From NCBI RefSeq assembly GCF_036971445.1, contig NC_091473.1, positions 191,642,001 through 191,706,000 of the forward strand: 64,000 nucleotides of DNA, read 5' to 3'. Each line of letters opens with the position of its first letter. Positions within the stretch are counted from its first letter, which is position 1. The stretch is from Narcine bancroftii (lineage: Eukaryota). A model generated the notes under the pieces. It worked only from the letters and a program-made list of their open reading frames with translations. It was not told the DNA's origin and searched no databases. Below, piece by piece: positions 35,401 to 48,109 of the stretch. The translations under genes were made by a program, and so were the position numbers.

Positions 35401-38400
35401 AAACAGAGCAGTTGGAAAGGGAAATAGTAAATATAGAAAAAGAATTTGCAATGAAGGAAGATACAACTAAAAGAAGAGAATTGGCGGATAAAAAAAATAA
35501 AATATGAAATACTACAAACATATAAGGTGGAGAAGAATATAATGAAGACAAAACAGAAATATTATGAACTAGGTGAAAAAACGCACAAAATCCTTGCATG
35601 GCAGCTTAAGACAGAACAAGCTAAGAAAATGGTATTGGCATCAAGGAAAAAAGACAAACAAATTACATATAATCCAAAAGAAATTAAGGAAAACTTTAGA
35701 GAATTCTATGAACAATTATACCGAACTGAAAACAAAGGGAAAGAAGGGAAAATAGATGAATTTCTGACTAAAATTGAACTACCAAAATTACAAATAGAGG
35801 AACAAAATAAATTAACAGAGTCAGTTGGAATAATAGAAATACAAGAGATAATAAAAAAATTACCAAATAATAAGACACCAGGAGAGGATGGATTCCCAAT
35901 AGAATTCTACAAAACATTTAAAGACTTATTAATTCCACCCCTCCTGGAAGTAATCAACCAGATTGATGAAACACAAAGCTTACCAGATTCATGTAAAACA
36001 GCAATAATTACAGTAATACTAAAGCAAGGGAAAGATCCACTCTCACCAGCGTCATATAGACCAATATCTTTACTTAACACAGATTATAAGATAATAGCTA
36101 AACTATTAGCAAACAGATTAGCAGAGCATGTACCGAAAATGGTAAATTTAGACCAAACTGGATTTATCAAAAAAAGACGCACAACAGACAATATTTGTAA
36201 ATTTATTAACTTAATTCATGCAGTAGAAGGAAATAAAGCACATACAGTAGCAGTTGCTTTAGATGCAGAGAAGGCCTTTGACAGAGTAGAATGGAATTAT
36301 TTGTTCAAAGTATTGCAAAAATTCAGTTTACCAGAGAAGTATATTAATTGGATTAAAGCATTATATAAGGGACCGTTAGCGAAAGTGACAGTAAATGGAC
36401 ATATATCAAAGCAATTTAACTTAAGCAGGTCAACACGGCAGGGATGCCCACTATCACCTTTATTGTTTGCGTTAGCTATAGAACCACTAGCAGAATTGAT
36501 AAGAATAGATAATAATATAAAAGGAATAAAAATAAAAGACAAGGAATATAAAATCAGTTTATTTGCGGATGATGTTATTGTGTACTTAACAGAACGAGAA
36601 CAATCAATAAAAGAATTATATAAGAAATTGAAGGAATATGGAGAAGTGTCGGGTTACAAGATTAACGTAAATAAAAGTGAAGCAATGCCTATGAATAATA
36701 CGGATTTCTCAAAATTTAAGAAGGAATCACCATTTAGATGGCAAATGCAAGCAAGAAGATACCTAGGTGTACAAATAAACAAAAATCTCGGCCAACTATA
36801 TAAACTCAATTATTATCCACTAATGAAAAAAATTACAAGACGATTTAGAGCATTGGAAAGATTTACCACTAACACTAATAGGAAGGATAAACTGAATTAA
36901 AATGAACATTTTTCCAAGGATATTATACTTATTTCAGGCATTGCCAATACAACTGGCAGAGAAATTCTTCAAGGAGTTAAAGAAAATAGTAAGGAAATTT
37001 TTATGGAAAGGGGGGAAACCGAGGATAGCACTAGATAAATTAACAGAATGGTATAAACAAGGAGGCTTACAACTGCCAAACTTTAAAAATTATTATAGAG
37101 CCGCACAATTAAGATACCTATCAGATTTTTATCAAACAAGGGGAAAGCCAGATTGGACTAGATTAGAATTAGATAAAATAGGGGAAAAGACGCCTGAACA
37201 CATATTATATAAATGGGATGAAAAATTGGTACAACATAGAAGTTCTCCAGTATTACATCATCTCCTCAATATTTGGAAGAAGATTCATGTAGAAAGAAAT
37301 AAAACAAATTATCAATTACCAAAACGAATATTGACGCAAAACAAGTTACTCCCTTTTACAATAGATAACCTTTCCTTTAGAGAATGGGAAAAAAAAGGGA
37401 TTAAAAGAATAGAAAATTGTTTTTCAGGAAATAGATTATTATCCTTTGAACAAATGAAAGATAAGTACAATATAACTCAAGATACAGCGCTGGCATATTA
37501 CCAATTGAGATCCTACTTGAAGGATAAATTAGGAAGCAGTTTGAGTTTGCCAGAGGCAAGTAACCTTGAACATGTGATTACAGATAGAATGATAATCAAA
37601 AGATTTATAACAAATATGTATATTAAACTGCAAGAAAAGGAGAATGAGGAAACAAATGGTAAAACTAAACAAAAATGGGAACAAGATTTAAATATAAAGA
37701 TAAAAAAGGAAACATGGGAGAAGTTATGTTCTGGAACGATGAGAAATACAATAAATACGAGGTTATGTATGATACAATATAACTGGATACACAGGCTATA
37801 CATTACACCTCAAAAGTTAAATAAATGGGACCCAACAGTATCTGATAGATGTTTTCGATGTAAAAAAGAAATGGGAACAACAATTCATGCAATCTGGACA
37901 TGTGAGAAAGTAAAAAAATTTTGGGAAGATCTAAATCAGATATTAAACAAAATAACAGAAAACAATATACCAAAGAATCCAGAGATCTTCCTCCTAAGTA
38001 ACATAAGAAACAAAGAATTTGAAATTGATTCGGAGGATGCACAAAAAAGATTTGTTAAGATAGCTCTAGCCGTAGCAAAAAAATGTATTATGTCAACCTG
38101 GAAATTAGAAGATAATTTGAAAATACAACAATGGTACATAGAAATGAATAAATGTATTCCATTAGAAAAAATAACATATAGTTTAAGAAATAATATTGAA
38201 ATATTCGAACAAATATGGGAGCCTTACATTAAATACAATAGCGAAAACCTACCGGGGACAATCATTACCTAAGTTGATGGAAGGAGAAGGAAATGAAAAG
38301 AATGGACTCAGTAGAATTTCTGGTGTATTTTTGTTGAGTGACAACATTGTCTGACTGGTTTAATGTATCCTAGATTGTATACCTTAAATGGATGGGAGGG

Positions 38401-38534
38401 GGGGTGGGGGGGGGGTGGGTTGGGAGGAGGGAGGTGGGGGGGGAAAATGGCACTGTATATGTGTGAAAAGGAAAAAGTGTGTACCATGGTTAATGTGATT
38501 TATGGTGTGAAAAATAAAAAAAATTAAAAAAAAA
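32437..38534 (+). mobile_element. Full-length L1 copy B inserted in the 3' UTR of copy C
   Basis: ORF1 32820-33788 (upstream part broken); ORF2 34473-38272 with frameshifts in A-runs; poly(A). TSD CAGTCAAACAA at 32426-32436 and 38535-38545. Confidence 0.97.
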
Positions 38535-41500
38535 CAGTCAAACAATGTTGTCATTCAATAAAAATAAACAAGAAATTCCACTGAGTCAATTCTTTTCATT
38601 TCCTTCTCCTTTCGTTAATTTAGGTAGTGAATGTCCCTGGTAGGTTTTCTCTATGGTGTTTCATGTAAGGCTCCCATATTTGTTCAAATATTTCAATATT
38701 ATTTCTTAAACTATATGTTATTTTTTCTAATGGAATACATTTATTCATTTCTATATACCATTGTTGTATTCTCAAGTTATCTTCTAATTTCCAGGTTGAC
38801 ATAATATATTTTTTTGCTACGGCTAGAGCTATCTTAACAAATCTTTTTTGTGCACCATCCAAATCAAGTCCAAATTCTTTGTTTTTTATGTTACTTAGGA
38901 GGAAGATCTTTGGATTCTTTGGTATATTGTTTTCTGTTATTTTATTTAATATTTGGTTTAGATCTTCCCAAAATTTTTCTACTTTCTCACATGTCCAGAT
39001 TGCATGAATTGTTGTTCCCATTTCTTTTTTACAACAAAAACATCTATCAGATACTGTTGGGACCCATTTATTTAACTTTTGAGGTGTAATGTATAGCCTG
39101 TGTATCCAGTTATATTGTATCATACGTAACCTTGTATTTATTGTATTTCTCATCGTTCCAGAACATAACTTCTCCCATGTTTCCTTTTTTTATCTTTATA
39201 TTTAAATCTTGTTCCCATTTTTGTTTAGTTTTACCATTTGTTTTCTCATTCTCCTTTTCTTGCAGTTTAATATACATATTTTTTATAAATCTTTTGATTA
39301 TCATTGTATCTGTAATCACATATTCAAAGTTACTTCCCTCTGGTAAACTCAGACTGCTTCCTAATTTGTCCTTCAAGTAGGATCTCAATTGGTAATATGC
39401 CAGCACTGTATCTTGAGTTATATTGTATTTATCTTTCATTTGTTCAAAGGATAATAATCTATTTCTTGAAAACCAATTTTCTATTCTTTTGATCCCTTTT
39501 TTCTCCCATTCTCTAAAGGAAAGGTTATCTATTGTAAGAGGGAATAACTTATTTTGCGTCAATATTAGTTTTGGTAATTGATAATTTGTTTTATTCCTTT
39601 CTACATGAATCTACTTCCAAATATTGAGCAGATGATGCAATACCGGTGAATTCCTACGTTGCACCAATTTTTCATCCCATTTATATAATATAGGTTCAGG
39701 TATCTTCTCCCCTATTTTATCTAGTTCTAATCTTGTCCAATCTGGTTTTTCTCTTGTTTGATAAAAATCTGATAGGTATCTTAATTGTGCGGGTCTATAA
39801 TAATTTTTAAAGTTTGGCAGTTGTAAGCTTCCTTGTTTATACCATTCTGTTAATTTATCTAGTGCTATCCTCGGTTTCCCCCCTTTCCATAAAAATTTCC
39901 TTATTATTTTCTTTAACTCCTTGAAGAATTTCTCTGTCAAGTGTATTGGCAATGCCTGAAATAGGTATAATATCCTTGGGAAAATGTTCATTTTAATACA
40001 ATTTATCCTTCCTATTAGTGTTAGTGGTAAATCTTTCCAATGCTCTAAATCGTCTTGTAATTTTTTCATTAGTGGATAATAATTGAGTTTATATTGTTGG
40101 CCGAGATTTTTATTTATTTGTATACCTAGGTATCTTCTTGCTTGCATTTGCCATCTAAATGGTGATTCCTTCTTAAATTTTGAGAAATCCGCATTATTCA
40201 TAGGCATTGCTTCACTTTTATTTACGTTAATCTTGTAACCCGACACTTCTCCATATTCCTTCAATTTCTTATATAATTCTTTTATTGATAGTTCTGGTTC
40301 TGTTAAGTATACTATAACATCATCCGCAAATAAACTGATTTTATATTCCTTGTCTTTTATTTTTATCCCTTTTATATTATTTTCTGTTCTTATCAATTCT
40401 GCTAGTGGTTCTATAGCTAACGTGAACAATAAGGGTGATAGTGGGCATCCCTGCCGTGTTGACCTGCTTAAGTTAAATTGCTTTGATATATATCCATTTA
40501 CTGTCACTTTCGCCAATGGCCCCTTATATAATGCTTTAATTCAATTAATATACTTCTCTGGTAAACTGAATTTTTGCAATACTTTGAATAGATAATTCCA
40601 TTCTACTCTGTCAAAGGCCTTCTCTGCGTCTAAAGCAACTGCTACTGTTGGCGCTTTACTCCCTTCTACTGCATGAATTAAGTTAATAAATTTACAAATA
40701 TTGTCTGTTGTGCGTCTTTTTTTAATAAATCCAGTTTGGTCTAGATTTACCATTTTCGGTACATATTCTGCTAATCTGTTTGCTAATAGTTTAGCTATTA
40801 TCTTATAATCTGTGTTAAGTAATGATATTGGTCTATATGACACTGGTGCGAGTGGATCTTTCCCTTGCTTTGGTATTACTGTAATTATTGCTGTTTTACA
40901 TTAATTTGGTAAGCTTTGTGTTTTATCAATCTGGTTGATTACTTCCAGGAGGGGAGGAATTAATAAATCTTTAAATGTTTTATAGAATTCTATTGGGAAT
41001 CCATCCTCTCCTGGTGTTTTATTATTTGGTAATTTTTTTATTATCTCTTGTATTTCTACTATTTCAAATGGTTCTGTTAATTTATTTTGTTCCTCTATTT
41101 GTAATTTTGGTAGTTCAATTTTAGTTAGAAATTCATCTATTTTCCCTTCTTTTCCTTCGCTTTCAGTTTGGCATAATTGTTCATAGAATTCTCTAAAGTT
41201 TTCCTTGATCTACTTTGGATTATATGTGATTTGTTTGTCTTTTTTCCTTGACGCCAATACCATTTTCTTAGCTTGTTCTGTCTTAAGCTGCCATGCTAGA
41301 ATTTTGTGCGTTTTTTCTCCTAGTTCATAATATTTCTGTTTTGTCTTCATTATATTCTTCTCTCCCTTGTACGTTTGTAGTGTTTCATATTTTATTTTTT
41401 TATCTTCCAATTCTCTTCTTTTAGTTGTATCTTCCTTTATTGCTAATTCTTTTTCTATATTTACTATTTCTCTTTCCAACTGCTCTGTTTCCTGATTATA

Positions 41501-42852
41501 GTCCTTCTTCATCTTGGTTACATAACTTATTATTTGCCCTCTGATGAACGCTTTCATTGCATCCCATAGTATAAACTTATCTTTCACTGATTCCGTATTT
41601 ATTTCAAAATACATTTTAATTTGTCTTTCAATGAATTCTCTAAAATCCTGCCTTTTGAGTAACATGGAGTTTAATCTCCATCTATACATTCTTGGAGGGA
41701 TGTGTTCTAACTTGATTGTCAATATTAAGGGTGAATGGTCCGATAATATTCTAGCTTTATATTCTGTTTTTCTTACCCTATCTTGCATATGAGCTGATAA
41801 CAAAAATAGGTCTATCTATGAGTATGTTTTATGTCTAGCTGAGTAATATGAATATTCCTTTTCATTTGGGTGTTGTTTCCTCCATATATCCAAAAGTTGC
41901 ATTTCTTCCATCGATTTAATTATAAATTTGGTTACTTTGTTCTTTCTGTTAATTTTTTTCCCAGTTTTGTCCATATTTAAATCCAAATTCAGGTTGAAAT
42001 CCCCTCCTATTAATATGTTCCCTTGCGTATCTGCTATCTTCAAAAAAATATCTTGCATAAACTTTTGATCTTCTTCGTTAGGTGAATATACATTGAGTAG
42101 ATTCCAAAACTCCGAATATATCTGACATTTTATCATTACATATCTCCCTGCTGGATCTATTATTTCCTCTTCTATTTTAATTGGCACATTTTTACTAATT
42201 AATATAGCTATTCCTCTTGCATTTGAATTATACGACGCTGCTGTTACATGTCCTACCCAATCTCTCTTTAATTTCTTGTGCTCCAATTCAGTTAAATGTG
42301 TTTCTTGCACAAATGCTATATCAATTTTTAATTTTTTCAGTAAATTTAGCAGTTTCTTCCTTTTAATTTGGTTATGTATTCCATTAATATTTAAAGTCAT
42401 ATAGTTCAGCGTAGCCATTTTATACTTTGTTTATCTTCCCTTTCCGTTTCTCCATCATTACCTTTCCTTCTTATCCATTTCTGCTTTCTTGTTTTGAACA
42501 CTTTATAAGACAACATTTCTAAAACATCAAACATTTTCCTTATTCTCCTATTTAAAACTTCTTTAACCCCATTCTCCCCTCCCCCTCCTGAGTTGCCCTT
42601 TATCCCTTGTGGGGCAACCACATCTCCCCTCTCCATTTGGATTTGCGAATTCACTCGCAAATGTCAGCTGATTTTGCAGTGACCGTAACTCCTCCCCACC
42701 CAGCCCCCCCAGAAAAGATTTCAATTTTCGTATGTAACAAAGGTCACTCTTTTAAATCCCTCCTTATTCCCTCAATTCCATTTCCCTCCCTTATTAATTC
42801 TTGTCTATACTCTATATATTTTCCTCTAAATACGGATACATTCATGTATGCA

Positions 42853-42885
<33 letters not shown>

Positions 42886-42887
<2 letters not shown>

Positions 42888-43270
42888 CTTCTTCTTTCTT
42901 TGGCTTGGCTTCGCGGACGAAGATTTATGGAGGGGGTAAAAAGTCCACGTCAGCTGCAGGCTCGTTTGTGGCTGACAAGTCCGATGCGGGACAGGCAGAC
43001 AAGGTTGCAGCGGTTGCAGGGGAAAATTGGTTGGTTGGGGTTGGTTGTTGGGTTTTTCCTCCTTTGCCTTTTGTCAGTGAGGTGGGCTCTGCGGTCTTCT
43101 TCAAAGGAGGTTGCTGCCCGCCAAACTGTGAGGCGCCAAGATGCACGGTTTGAGGCGTTATCAGCCCACTGGCGGTGGTCAATGTGGCAGGCACCAAGAG
43201 ATTTCTTTAGGCAGTCCTTGTACCTTTTCTTTGGTGCACCTCTGTCACGGTGGCCAGTGGAGAGCTCGCC

Positions 43271-43272
<2 letters not shown>
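42886..43272 (-). mobile_element. RTE-clade 3' fragment inside the (TA)n of the L1 copy C inter-ORF spacer
   Basis: Near-identical to 9180-9555 (YGELSTGHRDRGAPKKRYKD...SHKRACS), GAA-rich tail, (TA)n on both sides. Confidence 0.93.
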
Positions 43273-43305
<33 letters not shown>

Positions 43306-46300
43306 TACATCCCTTTACACACATACATATAGATCGTGGTCATTTTTACTCTTATTACATGTCTTCATCTCTCTGCTTGTTTTGTAGTTGTTCTGCAAAT
43401 TTCCTTGCTTCCTCTGGATCCGAGAATAGTCTGTTTTGTTTCCCTGGAATAATTATTTTAAGTACCGCCGGGTACCTTAACATAAACTTATATCCTTTTT
43501 TGCATAAGATCGTTTTTGCTGTATTGAACTCCTTCCTCTTCTTCAGGAGTTCAAAACTTATGTCTGGATAGAAAAAAATTTTTTGCCCTTTATACTCCAG
43601 TGGCTTGTTGTCCTCTCTTACTTTCTTCATTGCTTTCTCCAATATATTTTCTCTTGTTGTATATCTTAAGAATTTTACTAAAATGGATCTTGGTTTTTGC
43701 TGCGGTTGTGGTTTCGGGGCTAAAGTTCTATGTGCCCTCTCTATTTCCATTTCTTCCTGTAATTCTGGTCTTCCCAGGACCCTGGGGATCCAATCTTTTA
43801 TAAATTCTCTCATATTCTTGCCTTCTTCATCTTCCTTAAGGCCCTCTATCTTTATATTATTTCTTCTATTATAGTTTTCTATTATATCTATCTTCTAAGC
43901 TAACAGCTCCTGTGCTTCTTTAGCTTTTTTATTAGATTCTTCTAATTTCTCTTTTAAGTCTTTTACTTCCATATCTACAAATGTTTCTCGTTTTTCCATA
44001 TTTTCCACTCTTTTTACCAATTCTGATATGGCCACTTCCATTTTATTCATTCTTTCTTCTGCATTCTTAATTCTTTTTATCTCATCAAATTCTTGTAATT
44101 GCCATTCTTTCACTGATTCCATATATTCTTTAAAAAAAAATACATCCATTGTCTTGCCTTTCTCTTCTTCTTCCATTTCTTTCTGTTCTTCTTCTTCTTC
44201 TTCCTCTGGGTTCACCATCTGTTGTTTCCTTGTTTTCTTTTTACCCTCTTCTTTCTTGTTGTCGTTATTGTCTGTGTTCTGCACCTGCTACTGTGCTGCA
44301 GGTGTCTCTCTCAGCTGTGGAGATCGACTCCGCAGCTGTTCCCCCCTCCCGTCAGTGTGTTTTTTTTCATGCGCGGTTGCGCACTTTTACTCGGCTCTGC
44401 GAGTCATTTTTGTAGTCCCGAGCCCGGGTCTTCCACTGACCTGTGGGAGCGGGCCTCTCTCTCCGCGACGGGCCTCTTCGTACAGGTAAGGCCTTCACCT
44501 TCTTCTTCCGACGTCTTTCCTTCTTCTTTTCTTCCCGTTGTTTTTGGTTTTTCTTTCTTCGCTGCCATTTTCTCCACACTTTTACTTTCACTTTGTTTTG
44601 GTTTTTAAGTTTGTGCCTTTGCTTTTCTCTATCTTTTTTTAACTTTTCTGGAGAGGGCTGGAGTTCCCCTACCGGCCACTACTCCATCACGTGACTCCTG
44701 GTTACTTGGAACATTGATGAGCGTAAGGCAGTGGATGTTTTAAATATTAACTTTAGAAAGGCCTTTGATAAGGTTCCTCAAAGAAGGTTAGTTAGAAAGG
44801 TTCAATCATTAGGTATTAACATTGAAGTAGTAAAATGGATTCAACAATGGTTGAATGGGAGATGCCAGAGCATGGTGGTAGGTAACTGTTTTGTCAGATT
44901 GGAAGCTGGTGATGAGTGGTGTGCCTCAGAGTTCAGTATTGAGTCCATTGCTGTTTGCCATATACATTAATGATCTGGATGATGGGGTGGTAAATTGGAT
45001 TAGTTAGTATGCAGATGATAGGTGGAGCTATGGATAGTGGAGAAGGGTTTCAAAGCTTGCAGAAGGAGTTAGGCTGGTTAGAAGAGTGGGCTGAAAGGTG
45101 AGTTTAATGCAGATAAAGGTGAGGTGTTACATTTTGGTAGGGCTAATCAAAATAGGACATACATGGTGAATGGTAGGGCATTGAAGAGTGGACAGAGGGA
45201 TCTAGGAAGAATGGGATATAGTTCCATGAAGGGAAGTCACATGTGGGTAGTGTGGTGAAGAAAGCTTATGGTATGTTGGGCTTTATAAATCTGAGCTTTG
45301 ACTCTAGGAGCTGGGATGTTATGTTTAAATTGTATAAGGCATTGGTGAGGCCAAACCTGGAGTATTGTGTACAGTTTTGGCCACCAAAGTATAGGAAAGA
45401 TATCAACAAACTGGAGAGATTGTAGAGAAGATTTACTCGAACGTTGCCAGGGTTACAGGGTCCAAGTTATAGGGAGAGGTTAAATAAGTTAGGTCTTTAA
45501 TCTTTGAAGTATATAAAGTTAAGAGGGGATTAGATTGAGGTATTTAAAATTATTAGGGGTAAAGATAGATTTGATGTGGAGAGATTTTTTTCCTTTAAGA
45601 AAGGGGGAGATACAAATGAGAGGGCATGAGTTGAGAGTTAGGGGAAAAAGGTTAGAGGAAACATGAGGTGGCACTTCTTTACTCAGAGAGTGTGGGTGTG
45701 TGGATCGAGCTTCCCGACAAAGTGGTGAAGGCAGCCTCAATATTAGCATTTAAGAGGAAGTTGGATATGTATATGGATGGGAAAGGAATGGAGGGTTATG
45801 GGTTGAGTGTAAGTCAGTGGGGTCAGGTGGAGTAAGTGTTCGGCATGGACTAGAAGGGGCCAAGTTGGTCTGTTTCTGTGGTGTAATTGTTATATGGTTA
45901 ACAAATGCATCTGTGAATTAGCCACGTCCCCAGTAAATTACTAACCCCACTGTTCCCCACCCTGCCAATGGTAGCGGCATGACATGGCTGGAGTCGTTGG
46001 CCACTTATTAATTGGCCAGAGAGTGGGGACAGTATGTGTTTAATTATCCTTATGAAAAATTTTAGATTTCTAAGTAATCTTGTCTCCTGAATCTCTGCTC
46101 TCTCTTAATGCCCGGGTAATGAGTTAGCCTCTAACATAATTTCCAGGTGGGCTTCAGATGCAGAGAGAGTAATTGTCGAGCTCCAGGCTCGGAACAATGT
46201 GAGTTCAGTGCCGACTTCCCAACCAGCTGGGGAACGTTGGACGCTTCTACCGCCCCATCCTCAGCCAGTGGAGATCAAGACCTTGGAGAGCGCTTGGCTT

Positions 46301-46549
46301 GGAAGACCACAGCTGATCCCGAATACTTGGGCAGCCGCATGGTTTCTGCACCGTCCACATCCAGGACCATCAAACCAGACCGACACCTTAATGTTGCATT
46401 CATCACAGGAAGAATCTAAGGGAATCTCATAGACTATGATCAGGACATTCTCAACCTAAGTGTTCTGAAAAGGCCCTTGCGCTTCAGAGATACCGGTCGT
46501 TGGTGAAGGTTATTTGGACAAATGAGTGGACTTGTGGTGAGCAAGGCAA

Positions 46550-47160
46550 GCAGAAGGAGAGGGAGAGGCTGTGAGAGGGAAGAAGATAAAGGGTGAGAGA
46601 GGGAGAGAGAATGAAAGAGAGTGCGAGGCAGGGGAAAGGAAGGGAATTTGAGGGAGACAGGAGGAAGAGTGAGTGGAGAGGCAGAGAGTGAGGGAGGGAT
46701 AGAGAAGGGGAGGGAGAGACAGAGCTCTAGAGGGAGTGGCAGGAGACTGAGAGGAATGGTAAGGGATGGAGGGAGGGGGAGAGAGGGAGAAGGGAAGGAG
46801 AGAGGGAAGGTGGAGGGGAGAAACACGATTGGAAGGGGGAAGGTGGAGGGGAGAAACATGATGGGGAGAGGGGAAAGAGTGAGGGGGGGTGAGAGGGAGG
46901 GTGAAGGGGAGGAACGGGAGGGGAGGGAAAGGGTGAGAGGAGGAGAGGGAGAGTGGAGGAATGTGATGGGGAGGGGGGTAGGGTGAGGGGAGGCCAGAGG
47001 AAGGGTGGAGGGGGGATAAATGGGGTGGAGGGAGAGGAGGAAAGGAGAAAGGGAGAGTGGAGGGGGAGAAACAGGAAGGGTAGGAAGAGAGAGGGGAAAG
47101 GATGGTAAGGTTGAGGGGAGGTGAGAGGGGAGAACTGGGGGGGGGGGGTGGGGTGTTAAG
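46550..47160. repeat. GA-rich low-complexity tract
   Basis: Directly visible purine-rich strand with many G-runs. Confidence 0.9.
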
Positions 47161-47384
47161 GAAAGGACAGAGAAAGCGAGTAAGGGAAGCCCGAACCACT
47201 TTCTCAAGTATTTTATGTGAAATACTTTCGCATTGAACCCCAGAATCAATCGCAGGATGAAGAGGCCCTTCTCCTCAGCAGGGGATGTTGCTGACCTCTC
47301 GTTCTGAACTCTCCATTCAACTGGTCAGTCTACTCGGTCTCTCCCCTTGGGACCTCTCAGTCCCCATTTGGAAGGAATTAGCAT

Positions 47385-47830
47385 CAGGATCAGAATTTAT
47401 TGTCATGAAATACGTTGTTTGGCAGCAGTATTGCAGCGCAAAATTGCTATAAATGACATGAAAATAAATTAATTAGTGCGAAAGAAGAGGGAAAGTGAGG
47501 CAGTGTCTGTGGTTCATTATTCATTCAGAAATCTGATGGCGGAGGGGAAGAAGCTGTCCTTGTGCCGCTTGGCGCTTGTCTTCCAGCTCCTGTACCTCCT
47601 TCCTGATGCCACCAGTGAAGGGCATGATCAGGGTGATGGGGGGGGGGGGGGTTGCTTGAGGATAAAGGCTGATTTCTTGAGACACTGCCTCTTGTAGACG
47701 TCCTTGATGGAGCAAAGTCTATTGCTCATGATGGCACTGGCCGAGTTCTGTCACCTTTATCTGTCCTGCGCATTGGCACCTCCACACCAGACAGGGTCAG
47801 AACGCTCTCTGCGGTACACCTGTAAAAAAC
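47385..47830 (-). mobile_element. Rex1/Babar-type fragment
   Basis: atcagaatttattgtcatg tail, gatttcttgagacactgcctcttgtag. Confidence 0.7.
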
Positions 47831-48109
47831 TCGTCAGCCGTTTCCTTGCTTCCTGTAATAATTTCGTCCTTTTCTGTTTTTAAGGACCCATAAGATTCAT
47901 AAATGTTAAATTCTGTACACGGTATAAGAATTACCTGTCTCCCTGCAAAAATAACACTCTCTCCCAGGCAAGCTGTACACTGCAACTTTGTTGCTCTTTT
48001 TGCAAAAAGCACTCTGCAAAAGTCCTTCAAATATTGTGTTTTAAAATGTTTGTGTGCAACCTGCTCTAATAATCCTTCCCAAAACACCTCAAAATACCCT
48101 GTCACAAAA

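Larger units (their letters stand above)
32253..44699 (-). mobile_element. Full-length L1 copy C (minus strand), interrupted by L1 copy B and an RTE
   Basis: 5' end gagtcacgtgatggag at 44697; ORF1 pieces 43355-44568; ORF2 pieces 38620-42418; 3' UTR split; poly(T) at 32251-32259. 16-bp TSD GGTTACTTGGAACATT at 32237-32252 and 44700-44715. Confidence 0.96.
32060..45900 (+). mobile_element. CR1 LINE split by nested L1s (halves ~32060-32252 and 44700-45900)
   Basis: SQHGFVRGRSCLTNL..FFEAVTWN continues as IDERKAVDVLNINFRKAFDKVP after 44700. Confidence 0.9.

Noticed and set aside
46147-46198. Plus-strand exon-like WASDAERVIVELQARNN, considered as an antizyme (OAZ3 neighbours TDRKH in human)
   Set aside because: No TCC-TGA frameshift site and no other antizyme exons recognised.
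46440-47249. Pro/Ser/Leu-rich ORFs of 229-269 aa
   Set aside because: Low-complexity GA tract.
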